Made by a program: the position numbers and the translations under genes. Shown in pieces: positions 13,039 to 31,940 of a DNA stretch of 64,000 nt. Numbering within the stretch: the first letter of the stretch is position 1; every line of letters starts with the position of its first letter. The notes beneath the pieces were generated by a model, which saw only the letters and a list, made by a program, of their open reading frames with translations, did not search any database and was not told the origin of the DNA. The DNA is from Microbotryum violaceum (lineage: Eukaryota), in contig CDLV01000004.1 of NCBI GenBank assembly GCA_001244265.2, positions 3,596,001-3,660,000 on the forward strand, given 5' to 3'.

Positions 13039-13201
13039 GGCGAAGTCGAGGCGGCTCAGCCTGGGCAGAGCTGCTCACTAGGACCCCGACCGCATTGGCT
13101 CTTGGCTTCATGCTTGCCTCCGCCAGGCTCTTGAAGTCTCCGGTAGCAAGCCATTCGCTCACAAGGCGGCTCAACCGCAGCCCCAACTGCAACCGCAGGC
13201 G

Positions 13202-14092
13202 ATGAACGCGAGAGGAATTCCCAAAGCCCATTTCATTGTACGTGCCCGCCCCCCCCCCCCACCACCCTCCTCGACCGTCGCCCCAAGATCCTTGTCGAGT
13301 GTTCCGAAGCTCATCGCGCGCTCGCCTCGCCTTGCAGGAAGACGTCGACGCCTTTATCGTCGGAACAGATCCTGATCAGTCTTTGCAACAACTTCAACAA
13401 ACACTTGCGTGAGTCTCGAGTCCTTCCAAAACACTTTGAATCCTCGCGACCGCACCCCTCCCGTTCCAGGTTGCTGACACAAGGCGGTCGAGGCGACGAC
13501 GACGATTGCGTGCAGTAAATATCGATTCATGGAGAACAACAAGCGGCAAAGGAGACAAGGCTTGGAGGAGAAGGTCCCCGAGCTGCAACGCACACTCGCC
13601 ATGATCGAGACCTTGCAGCGCAAGAAGGTGAGACGGCGCACACCCGCGCTGCGAGTGGCAGAGCGACGCGGTCAGCTGATCTTGTGCATTCCCGCTTGGT
13701 CCGTGGGCCGGCATAGGACGCGGAGCAATCATTCGACACAACGTTCGAACTCAGCGACACGCTGTACGCCACCGGCTGCATTGAGCATGTGGATGAGGTG
13801 TACGTCTGGCTTGGAGTGAGTCAAGTCCAGTCTGTTCGGGCTAGAGGTGTTTGTGCCCATGGCAAGAGGAACTGACGTCGGTATCGACACTGCTACTTAG
13901 GCCAACATGATGCTGTCTTATCCACTCTCGGCGGCGCTGTCTCTTTTGTCGGAAAAGCTCATCACCGCGCAAGCATCGCTGCGAAACGTTAGGGAGGATC
14001 TGGATTGGTTGCGCGAACAAATCACGATCACAGAAGTCAATGTGGCACGTGTTTACAATTGGGACGTCAAACGGAGGAGGGAAATTCGGTGA
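13202..14092 (+). CDS. PAC10: Prefoldin subunit 3 (VBP1/Pac10/Gim2 family), 5 exons: 13202-13237, 13338-13408, 13516-13627, 13717-13815, 13901-14092
   Basis: Spliced protein has NARGIPKAHF, KYRFME, FELSDTLYA, VYVWLGANMMLSY and REQITITEVNVARVYNWDV. All introns are GT-AG and keep the frame. Confidence 0.92.
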
Positions 14093-14181
14093 AACATCAT
14101 GAAAAGTCATGGTACCTATATGCGATAAGCCCAATTTTCGATTCAAGCTATTTAGTTCGCTCAGCAGTAAAGGTGCATCGT

Positions 14182-15665
14182 TTATGTACAAAACAGCGAA
14201 AAGATAGAACAAAAAACCGCATAGATACCGAGCACAATGGGGATTGTCGCAGATAAGGAAGAACATGAGCTGCTCTGAACAGCGGAAGTTGGGGTCGAGC
14301 TTGAGGGCTGCGTCACCCAGGTTGCTCTGGGCGAGCTTGCCGGCAGAGAAGCGAGAGATGGGTGGCTCGGCGCGACTGATACGGTGTAGGCTCTAGATAA
14401 AGAGATTACTTTGGTCGACGACGTTGTCGTGAAGCTGGATGCGACGATTGTCGTGACACTGAAGGTGACGATCGCCGTTGGGCTTGGGATTTTGCCGTCG
14501 AAGACTGTAGCGCCCGCGAGGTTCGTAGACGTCGGGCTCGGAATGTTGAGCAACGAGACGGACGTCCCATCCGGAGCGTCATCGGCCGTGCTCGAATTGG
14601 CCGGCGCGATCCTGATCAGATCGGTGTAACCAACAAGGGAGTCATCCCGGAGCGAAGTCACGGCGATCGAATCTGGGAGCGATTCAGTTACGGGTCAGAA
14701 AGAATTCACAGCGCGCGCAGGGCCCGAATTACGGACAATTTCCTACTTCGGACCATTCGCTCGGCACTTTGAACTCGACCCTTCCACATTCGACCCCACG
14801 CGTGACGACTCCCAGACCATAGCCTCCGTCACAATAACCCTCTTGAGATATGGAAGGGTAGCTCGCTACGATCGTGTATCTGCAACAGGCCGAGAGCGCG
14901 GGGAAGAGGATACAGGCGTACGGGCATGAGCGAACGCAAGTCGCCAAACGCGACGTTGGAGCCGAAGGTGTACGTACGTCGTGCCACCCTTGACCGGAAC
15001 CAACTCAATCGAAACGTTGCCCGGTGGAGGCCCTAGCCAGTTGACGGCGACCGTGGCACCTTTCCTCCATGTTACCAAGCACTGCGAAACACCGAACAAG
15101 TTCGCGTGACATGAAGAACCGGGGTTGCATGCCACTTCAGTCGACTTACCGTGTAAAACGAGCACGCGGGTTCGGTGATGCTGTATCATGTGTCAGGAGG
15201 TGCGATGAGCCACACATGCGCAGTCAGCATAATTCTCTGCCATTGCATCATGATCCATGTGCCTCAACGTCCAAGCGGCCCCGGAACAAAGACACGTCGT
15301 CTCTACGCCACGCTGACGTCGCGCGTTGCGGCTTGCCGATCGGACCCCGCTTCAGCATGGGCGCATCAACGCGGTGCGTCCGGAACACTTGAACGCGTCG
15401 ATGCGATGCACGTTCTGAAGGGTCCGGACATACTTACTAAAGTATTTTGCCTGTTTCCAACGAAGTTCAAAGTTGGGTCAAGGCGACAATGGATCAGCTG
15501 GGATTGCCTGCGCGGTCGCGTCACACCACACGACGAAGTGCTCGCTCACGAACCCGTAGGATCGTCGGCATCGGAGTCGGACGCCCAAACGGTGCCGACG
15601 AGCGCGAGCAACGCTAGGGCAGCCCACCACAATGAAGTGACAATGGCCTTTCCAGAGCGCAGCAT
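14182..15665 (-). CDS. Secreted Ser/Thr-rich, probably GPI- or membrane-anchored cell-surface protein, multi-exon
   Basis: Signal-peptide-like start MLRSGKAIVTSLWWAALALLALVGTVWAS at 15665. Micro-exons splice in frame (GKILYITEPACSFYT-CLVTWRKG...VNW). Cys-containing domain, then a Ser/Thr stalk and a hydrophobic C-terminus (IPIVLGIYAVFCSIFSLFCT). Confidence 0.75.
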
Positions 15666-17964
15666 CGTCCTACCCGCAGGTTTCTCGAGTGTAATCCGAC
15701 ACGGAAGAGGTGGAGATACGCGAATCGGAAGCAGTCAAACGGGAAGACGATCAGTCGAAGGCGACGCGGGCGGCGAGCAGTAAACAACGGAAATGAAAAC
15801 GGTGTCGGGGGCCGGCTAATGCGCTCAAGGAATATAGCCGTGTTCACTGAGTGCCAGTCCGCTCATTCGGGTGCTAGTTAAAAGCAGGTCGATGGATACT
15901 TTACGTGAGCGAGTTCGAGAAACGGAGCAGCGCTGGCCGCACACTAGCCGACCAACGGGAGCTCGCGCCTCCGCAGGCGTTCCCACCTATGCGGGTCAAA
16001 TTAAGCCTACCAATAAAACTAGGTCGCGCGCAACGCGTTAAGGCAGCTTTTTTGAAATTTGGCCCAGGAAAACGTTGGTACAGGCATGGTATACCATCCC
16101 CCCCTCTCACGGCCCGCGCCCGGAGGGCAGAATAGCGGCTAAGTAGTGCACTTGCTAACTCGCCTACGCTAATCGGCCCTTTGCCTCAACACATGGCACT
16201 GGCACCCTCACCTTCAAGCTTCAACCCTCCCCCACCGCCTTGCACTCATTGGCATCGCTTCAAGCATGGGCTCCCTGCGACACACATCGCCACTACCACA
16301 AGCAAATCCAGCGTCCCTAGTAGAGAAAGACAAGGATAAAGACACCAAGACCAAGCGTAAGAAATTCACGAGGCGGAGGAAGAAGAAGGCGGCTGACGCG
16401 ATCATCGAGAGCGGGGCGACCACGGGGCCAGAGGATGGGGCGAAGAAGAAAAAGAAAAAGAACAAGATGCCATGAGGTCATGGCCCGTACGAGAACGAAA
16501 AAAGGAGCCAGTCTTGGCCCCGAAGAGCGAGGCGTCTGTAAAATACTCCGGCTATGCTGCTCGCATTATGGTATAGCAATCAAAGATGATATGATAATAA
16601 AAGTCTAAGGTATGACTAATAGCTTTTAAGACGCCAAGGCGAGAGACACGAGAGACTGCAGTGGGGGTAGAATCGAGAAGCGAGACCGAGTTCGAGAACG
16701 AAACGCTGAGGTTGGAGGCTGGAGACGATGCCAAACAAGACTCGAAACACGCAAAAAGTGAGAGACAAGAAAAATGTGTATTGAATCCTGGAAGTTCTCC
16801 TGAAAACAAAAAGAAAACTCCCCTCAAAAGTCCCGGCAGTTCAAACCGCTGCTTTCTGTTCATTCCCCTTCACCGCTTCCTCCGCATATTGGGCTCGGTC
16901 TTCCTTCCAAATGCTGCCTTACCAATCCCACCAATGCTCGTCAATTTTCCGAGTCTTTGCGGCGCAAAAGTGAAGGCCCCCTCGAAATCACATCTTCTTC
17001 CTCTCCCTCCCGTAAGCCGGCTTTAGCCTCCCTCCTCTCGTGGCCGCCGAGAATGACTTGTCGTCGAGACACCTGAGTCCAGAACTTACTGCCGCTACGA
17101 CTTCTATTAGCCTTGAGAAATTGAAATAGCGGATGCGACCGGATCCCGAGTACCACAGTATTTACGGCAACCCAACGAGGCCGCGTCCGACACGTCGACC
17201 GACTCGGAGCCCCTTCCATCGGAGCCATCGATCCCGAGCCTTGGTTACTACCTGTGGCAGTGCACCCAAGGCACGGGCGAACAACCGATGGAGGGGTGCG
17301 TGGCGCTTGGGCTTTGGTGTACCAACGACGCTGAGCAAACGACAGCGGACGGCCTGCCGGATTTGACTTCGTTTGCCCGCAGCCTGTAATACCCCAGGCC
17401 CTTCACAACTAGGTTACACGGTCCAAACGACTGACGATTTCAATAGATGCATATTGAAATCAGAAGGGTAGTTAAATAGCGTAAGGCAACCGAGCCTTAC
17501 ACAGCCCTGGTGACACAATTGATGAGACGGACGACAACACAAACAAAGCAGTTGACTTTGACATGAGTGATCATTCGAGCGACGATTTGAGTCATTACTC
17601 TATCGACGCCACAGACAATGGTGCATTTGTGCTTGAGGAGTGGGAGTTCAATGCGGAAGATGATGGCAGGGATGACGAAACTTGGGAAATTTTTAATGGC
17701 TGTCTGGAATCGAAGGCTCTTGTTCCAAAAGCCTCAATCCAAACAGATGATTTGAGCGCTCGCGTGCTTTTGCCTTTTCATTGACTAGTGTCTCTTCATG
17801 TCATACAATATTGCCCTTCTTCCGGAAGTGCAGGGAATGCAAAGTAGCAGCCATACAACCAAGAGGCAACCAACGCTGACAGGGGTTGGCTACCACTTAA
17901 ATGCTGTTGTGGATTTGGACTTGGAGTACCAATGAATGAATGAAGATTCGCTGTAGCTACACGG

Positions 17965-19210
<1,246 letters not shown>

Positions 19211-22200
19211 GTCGTTGACGGGCCTAATGACTCGATGACCTGTCGACCATCAATCATGGGGAACGGCATAGTGCCATCAATGAGGTGTGTGGAATAGCAT
19301 GTTTTCTTGATGAGGCGAAGCTCCTGTACGACGACATTTGAGAGCAGAACCAACGAGGCGAGCGTGTCTTGGTTGCAGTGGTTTGTTGTCACTCTGCTGT
19401 AGATGTGTCGCACTGTAGGACACAATACTTGTGTCAAACGAGAACTTCCTCAACTGCCGCTCAAAACAACGCGCGTACGAATTCCGATAGACAGCGCTTC
19501 TTCTCCATAAACAGTTTGATCACAGCTGAGTGAATGCATGCCACACTTGAGGCCAAAGCAGATCAGAGATCCAATCTCCAGTGGTGTGGCAGCGGTTACA
19601 GCTCCGTCAAGCGATCCAAAATGAGGATAGCGTTGTGCTAGCGCTCCGTACTGCTTGTCTCTCTCAGGGAGCTTTTCCTAAAAGTATAGGACCGGCAAAA
19701 CATTAGATCCAGCTGCCTTCGTTCCTAAATTCAGCAACAACTCACTTGAATGCGGCCGTCCTCAATATAGGCGTTCTTCTGAATCTCGTTTGTTGTGAGC
19801 GCTCGGGCCACCTGGCCACCTCCAGTCCAGCGAAAGCTCCTTGCGGTGCCCGCAATGTCTTCGAAGCGAGATGGTCCCATGGACTGCACCAACCCTTTCA
19901 AGACGCGTGAATGTACTGCACTGCGTCCTTGCTCTGTATTGCTAATCTCTAAGCCTGCCTCTCCGCGACTTGTGTCGCTCAATTCCATTGGCCTCCCTTT
20001 GAGTAGAACAGCTCTGAGGTGGCTACACTCATGAGCAGCTCGATGGGCAATCAAGCTGGCCCAGTTCAGCGAGAAACTGGTATCGCGAGCATCAACAAGA
20101 GGCGGAAGTTTCAAGTGTGTAGGCTCTATAGTACCGAAGATGCATGAGTTCAGATCGAAATTACGCTAGTCAAGCTTGGTAGACGCACGATTGAACGTAA
20201 TGAGCTGTTTGCCTTCTCAATGGTCTCGAGTCGTAGCGTTCCTCAGCTTGTCTGTCAGCTTCATCGTAAGCGATTTGCACGTCGAGTCTGGCCAATGAGA
20301 AAGGAGAACAATATGAGGTCCGGATTAAAAGGTAGAAGAACGCTTCAGCGCACGTGGCACAGTGAAGTGTCCACTCACAAGGCTGCCTCAACGTCAAAAT
20401 CCAGAGCTGCAAGCGATCGAATTGCACGGTCGACAGCTTCCCGCTCGTTTGGGTCCAGTTTCACAACACCTTGGCACGTGCTACGCCGCATGCCATCAAG
20501 AGCAGAATCCAGCAATTCGGTGCGGAGCAGACCTTGATCTTCCTTGGTAGGATGATGGTCTTCAAGATCTACTTCAAGTGGGCATGGTATCCCGTGTCAG
20601 ATACGCATCACTTGTAGACCAAGTCGTTCGGAACTACCTTGAACTGTTGTGCCATGGGCGAGTACGTCCTCGACGAGTATGTCAGGTTGCGGACCTTGGT
20701 TGCGTCTGTTGGACGCGATGCGTTGCACAGGTTCCCACATGCGTAAACCTGAAAGCAGTTCACGCGCAGTATTTGCCGCTGCAAAACTGGTGAGAGAGAT
20801 GTCGCCATCACTGGAGTACGTTCGCATCGCAACAAGGTCAAGATCGTTGAGGTCGTTGTAGGTATGATGGTAGCCTTGACGTGATCCCGCCGCCTCGGTC
20901 TTAAACTTCCTCATGAGCTCCAAGAGTGCAGTGACTTTGCCAGTTGCCTGTCGGATTCTAGCCGGGTTAACTACTGTATAGATTAGATTGATTTATGAAG
21001 AACGCACCTGCAAGAACTCTAGAGCATCGAACTCCTTTACAATCTGGCATATACCCCGAAGAAGTGCTCCACCATTTCTGTGCCATGCCGCCAGGGAATG
21101 AACGATTCCTTCGGCCAAAAATCTCGGTAGTTGCGGACGAGAGCAATCATTGAGTCAACCATCTTCCTGACCCCATCAAGCGTTTCTTTGGCGAGGAACG
21201 AGTGAGAGCTAGATCCGGGGCGACTTCGGACAAAGTCATACCACGCCTCGAACGTATATCTGACAACGAGCAACATCCTGATACGTTCAAGGGGCTGAAG
21301 CGACCGGTTCTGGATGGCATCGTGTAACTCGCCACATAAGAACAGATATACGACCGCATCGGGGTCGAGTTTTTTGTCTTCAGCGAGTTCGGTTACGAGT
21401 TCGAGCGTCGCCTTGGAGAATGCCCGATGTGTTGCATTGTCGTCTTGACGATCACGCCCGACCACATCACGACGAGACAGAGTACGACGCGACTCCAGTC
21501 CGCCCAGGATGGTGAGCATATCCTGGTAGGCAATGCATCCGAGACCACCGAACAGCAATCTTGCTCCAGAGTCGATAGCGTTCCTCAGACATTTGGCCAG
21601 GTGTTTTTCGTCCCGACAGAAGACTATCGGCGTTCCCGCGACGTTGACGGTCGATATAGTGATCTCAGGAAACACTCCGTCCGGATCTGGGGAGGGGAGG
21701 GTGTATGATGACGCGTTCCTTGATCCGGTTTGAGCAACAGCGCCACCCTGATCGCGCAGAAGGACGGCAACATTACGTTGCAGCACACCCTCGCTTGCCG
21801 CACCATCTGCGGAGATGGATACCAGAAGGTGTGCGACGCAACGTTTTATTAATTCTTGTATCACTGAATGTAACTGTTCGGTCGCGTCCTCCGCGTTCGT
21901 AGTTTCGCCGATCACAAAAGCGGCAAACACCTGTGCTGGGGAGCCAACATCGTTCGGTGCTATCATGTAAGCTCGGATCTGAATGAAGAGGCGACACAAG
22001 TTAAAGCCTCATGGAAATGAAGTACAAACTTAAAAGAATCATTGCCACTCACTTTGGTTCCAGCAACCGGGGGGTCAGGTCCGCCGAACATATCAGGGAG
22101 TTCACCCGGAGTTTCGTAGATGCGTGGCGGACCAATTGATCCGATCAGCTCGTGGCGGAATATGCCCTTCGTACGTAGTTCGCGCTCTAAACTGAGGTCT

Positions 22201-23951
22201 TCTGAGTAGTTTGGAGTGGTTCGCATCCTGGATCGACAATTCGTGTCGTCTACGTGCAAATTGAACGTTAGGCCGTCTGCTTCGAGTTTCGCGCAGACAC
22301 GATCCATGTTGGACTTGTCGAGGCTGAGGCGCATCCTGCCTGATGTCGCTCGGTCCATTCTGCAAGCACCTCGATCATTCAGTATGAGGTTGAGTTGAAG
22401 GAACGAAAGAATGACAGTACTCACTGCAGTTTTAGGCTTGTGGATGCGCCGATTGTAGCCTGCAGCACTCTCAGAGCCATCGGAGACGCCAGCGCCATGG
22501 CTTGCTCGAAGTCACGCAGCGCTTCGGACCGCACAAAGCCTCGCATCGATTTGCCCTTGACCATCCGATCGTGCTTGACCGTAGCCGCTTTCACCAATCC
22601 CTCCAAGATGTTCGCTCCGTCAAATTCTCCTGAGGCCACACCTTGCGCGAACCGTAGATACACGGTCCCTTGACCGTTGTCATCCAGGATCTCTTCTAGT
22701 CCATGATGTCGCCGGTAGATGGCCGAGAGAAGTGTATCGCCCGCGACATATTTCTTGTTGGTGTATTTGCGAGTTGCGCCAGCAGCATATTGACGTCGAA
22801 GAGCTGCTCGACAGGATGAATCCTTAGGGAGCCTCGCGCATTCTTCACACGGTAAGCTTGGTCCGTCCTTGTTGATCGAATCTCGAGCGCTATACTTGCG
22901 ACAATTAACACTGATGATGCGCGGTGCTCGATGATCGTTGCGCCACTTCCATTCATTCGCTTCCAATTTGTCCACCTTCCTCTCGAGCTCCGTCATTGGT
23001 CGTTTACCAATTTTGGGATAGAGGCGCAAACGAAGCGTCCGTCGAGGAAGGGCCCCGCCACCTTGCGCCGCAGTTGATGAAAGATAATGCATCGCCGTTT
23101 CAGACGTAAGGCCGGGGCACGGTCCTAGCGAGGGGCTGGTAGCAGTTGAGCCAGAGGCGATAGGTCTGAAGAAATTGCTGATGGGTTGGAGGTTGACACA
23201 CTTCTTATTGCCGAGATGTAATTGAAATCGTGCCTTGCACAGCAAGGCCGCCATTGGAACCAAGGCATAACAACGTCCACACCGCACGTACTTTGGATTG
23301 TTGACGTCGACATTCGATCCCGGGCAAAGATCTTCGACTTTTTCAGCAAACCTCCTGAAAAGAGGCGGATGGTCGCGAGCGCACGTCGTATGCTCCTCGG
23401 GGGTGAGCTCTCAAGCTTTCGTCGGCTTCGATACCTTGGTGAAGGTCGTTTGAAGTCGAGAAGTTGGCGGGTTTTTTGAGGATGATGCGATTCGTTGATT
23501 TGTTGGCTTGATTGTCGCTGCCTTGCCGGACTCTGCCGACGTGCTCTTGCTGCTCAGTGTTCCGGCAGCGGATCCCCTCCCATACTTTGCCTTTGATTTT
23601 GCGTCCGTGGCAGCGATGGATTCGATCTCTTTGGGATCCTCGACAGCACCAACCAGAGAGGATAAACGACAGAATTGACGGAGCCGTGACATGTGAGCGC
23701 GCGCTGCGTTGAATGACCCAATCCCGAGCACCTCCGTCTCCACTGCATTGATCGTAGCCGGGCCGCACGAGTAGCTGTCTTCCTGTTGTTCCGCCTTAGG
23801 AGTATGAGGGAACTCGTTTTTGATGTCCAGCTTCAGAAATTTGAATAGCGTAAGGACGGCCGTCCGAGTAGCCGCGGTGATCGGAGTGGCGGAGAGTGAG
23901 TTGATCACAGACCATGTCCGCTTGTGCATGTTGATGCGGGCCAGGACCCAA
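19211..23951 (-). mobile_element. Ulp1-protease / P-element-like transposon, copy B (diverged subfamily, both ends truncated)
   Basis: Colinear with copy A: WVLAR..INSL..QQEDSYSCG, VRCGRC, EANEWKWRNDH, VYLRFAQG, FNLHVDDT, ISADGA, RDEKHLAKCLRN, DRQDD, PWRHGTEMVEHFFG, STHLIDG. Same three intron positions. Confidence 0.75.
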
Positions 23952-25456
23952 TCCTTTGGAGCCACGAGTGATACGAGAGACTGGATGTTTTTCTCGATAT
24001 TTCCCGCTCTGGGTGCGCCTGCCACTCCTTGATGAGGCGCGCCGTTCCCAGATGGTCCGTCATGATAGTGATCGGTGTCCCGTCTGACGTCATGTACCGT
24101 GCAGCATTCACCGCCACAATGAACGCGGGAACTTCCGCTTGCTGAATTGTTGCACGATACGGGAGAAGTATCCTAAGGTCCACTGGGCCCACCACTGCTG
24201 CTGCCGTGGATGTCATACAGGTCCCCCAATTTATGACCGAGCCATCCGTTGCCCATACGCTCTGCCAAATATTCTGTGTCGGGTCGAGTCCCTGTGCTCT
24301 GATCTGTGCTTCCATGTTTGCCATGATGCCGTTCTCCTGTTAGCTACATCGAGCCTGCCGACTCTGACCGTCGTGCGTTCCCCGGCCGGAAGTCTCCAAG
24401 GACAGGAGCTCTTTCCTTGCTGTCCGTGTGATCAGCTCAAGTTGCGCTCGGATTTGAGGGCTTTCCCCATCGATCAGGTTCATCCTGCGGCCCAGGTCTG
24501 AGAGGGTTCGTGTGTTTGCGGTTTTGTACTGCGGAGTTGATGGCCCGACCTCGATGGCCTCTGGTATGCTTGTCTAGTAAGTGTGCCAAGTTGACGTCCC
24601 CGGACCGCAGACTGATGTCGTCGGTGTTCGCTATTTCTATTGGGTGACAGGCATCCAGAATTGCAAAGGTGTTTGCCCAGTTTGGCACAATTGTCCTTGT
24701 CAAGTACTCCTTTTTATATTTTTCTGCCCCCCAAAGTTTAAGCAGGCTTCTCCCCTTTGTTTTCTTTCTCGCGAGTTTCTTGGCCCGGTCGCCAGTAGTG
24801 GCATCGATTTCAGTCCTGATTCGCATTTGTTCGGCCCGCAGTGCAGGTCGCTGAGCGTGATTTGAGCCATCGCTCGCATCGTCGGCAAGTGGTGGTTGAG
24901 ATCCCGTTTTTGACTAGGTTAAATGGAACACTCTTTTCATGCCTCCCGATTCCTCGACATAGAGTGCCATTAATTATTCATTATAGGTTAACTTCTTTAT
25001 ACCTATGACCTTAATTCTTTAGTTGGTAATAAAAGGGAATGAGTACTCCTGTTACGATCATATTTGCATTAAGCCTCAGATGCTTGAAAGTCCCATGCCG
25101 AATTCTGCTATCGGCATACATAGGAGTTTAGCGCTTGCCGTAAGGGGTAGGTTTAAGTACTACTGGACTTGATTCGCGATCAAGTTGTCAAGTTTCTCTG
25201 CTTGTTCCATGCTGACTGGGCTCAGACTCAGCTTTCCCCGAATCTTGCTAATCACGGCTTGTTCTAGATATCGCAGCATCGCCGTCAGTGGCAAACGTTG
25301 TGTTGGCATTGATGGAATCCCCGAACAGCTGGTGATATTTTTGATACTTTCAAAGTGAGAGTTTTCATAGTCCAGTGAGGTTTGTAGAAATGTCAGCCCC
25401 TGAGCACCACGGACATCTCTGGGTCCGTGGGGTGTTCCGATTGTCATTTTTGGCAT
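23952..25456 (-). mobile_element. Non-LTR-type retroelement fragment: RT thumb/linker and RNase H
   Basis: RNase H motifs VWATDGS, IQQAEV and IMTDH in ORF 23905-24324. The upstream ORF 25160-25456 resembles an RT C-terminal region. Decayed. Confidence 0.6.
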
Positions 25457-25692
25457 GAGGACCCAGCCTTTGGACTTTCCTCTGCATTTGTTCCGTGGCT
25501 TCCTGGTCTACGAGGTTGGTTGGTGTTTCCCCTATGATGAATTAACGGCGCACGGACCCTCTCTCCCCCGTGGATGCTATAGCTGTGCTTCCCACACACG
25601 CGGGCTCACGGGCGGTACTCGCAACGCACGTTCCCTTTCGGGCCTTCACTGCGTTGTCGACGTTTCCTTACCAGCTTCTATGGCTGCGTTCA

Positions 25693-30677
<4,985 letters not shown>

Positions 30678-31940
30678 CTAGGTTCGGCGGCGCGCTCCGC
30701 GCGCCACATCACACGGTAACCCTTGATCCGCTGCAATGTGCTGTACTTGGTTGCAACAGCTGCGGTACTGCTGAGTAACGGAAGCGTAGTGGTTGAAGTC
30801 GGGAGAGAAGCGTGCGACGACGATCAGATATACAGAGCCTTCATTTCATCACTGAACTCCTTTTTTGTTCTCTGGGAGCCCAATGATGGGCTCAGACCGT
30901 CGTCGAGACCCGCGTCGAGTGTGGAGCAACGCCATCTCGGTGATGTTGAGACTCTGAAGATACTCGATCAAGAACAGTGATTCGTCTTCGTTTTCGAACG
31001 AATCCGCGCTGTATAACGTTTGAGCGTCACGCGGCAGCAGGTCGAGCCCCATGTCATTGATGTGATCCACCTGGGCGCCAGTTTTGCTCGCTCTCGGAAG
31101 TATTCGACTTTTTCGCCTATCGACATATTGTCCAGTTCGAGCGCGGGGACGAGATAGACGTGTCTGATCAACCCGGAGCTGTTCCTCGTGGTCGCCGGCA
31201 GAAGCTCACGTGGGAGCGCGATAGAGTCTTCTGTTCTGTTCGCCGAGCCGTCCCCAACTCCGAAGAAATCTGCAAAGCGCTGTGTCTTTGCCTGTTCCGT
31301 TTTGGTCATGCGGTCTGCAGCGGCCAGAAGCCAGAAGACGCATTGTTGGTCTGCGCTCGCACCGTGCCGTTGTTAGTATAGAGTCTAAAGGTCAGGCGAG
31401 GACTACTACTTACAGAGAGATCCCTGCAGAAGTCAGCATTCATGATGCAAGCGTCGACGATTTGTGTAGGCGATGACTTGGGAATAACGGGAAGGCATTG
31501 CTTCGAATCCCCTGTGATGTCACAGTCCAATCGGTCAGTGAGTCATGCTGTGCTGTGCTGTTGAAAGATTGGCACACACCTGCCAACACGACGGTCAGTC
31601 CACCAAGCCGAGCCACTGACGATCGAACATTTTGCAACACCCTGTCCACCAGCTGGAAACATCGACGGTGCTGCATCGGTGCCTCGTCCCAGAGCTCGGC
31701 GAGCTGTCCTTGTTTCGGAAGATTGCACGTAGAGTCGTCGAAGATGTCGATCGGGATCTTGAACCGTGAATGTGCCGTGCTGCCTTTTGGCAGTAGCAGG
31801 GCAGCAATACCCGATGATGCAACGGCAAGAGCGTATGTTCCCTCTGACCGAATCCGAGCAAGGACCGTTTCTTCCAAGAACGTTTTGCCTGTCCCTCCCG
31901 GAGCATCAACGAAATTGACGATCTGTGTAGACGATGACTT

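Noticed and set aside
13160-13204. Second ATG-to-AAG start loss upstream of prefoldin 3 (AAG GCG GCT CAA CCG...)
   Set aside because: An in-frame ATG at 13202 precedes the conserved NxRGIP motif, so the gene is translatable; the upstream start is speculative without orthologues.
23411-24324. RNase H-Ulp1 fusion gene
   Set aside because: The two domains are in different frames at a truncation junction, and the protease's catalytic His is lost there.
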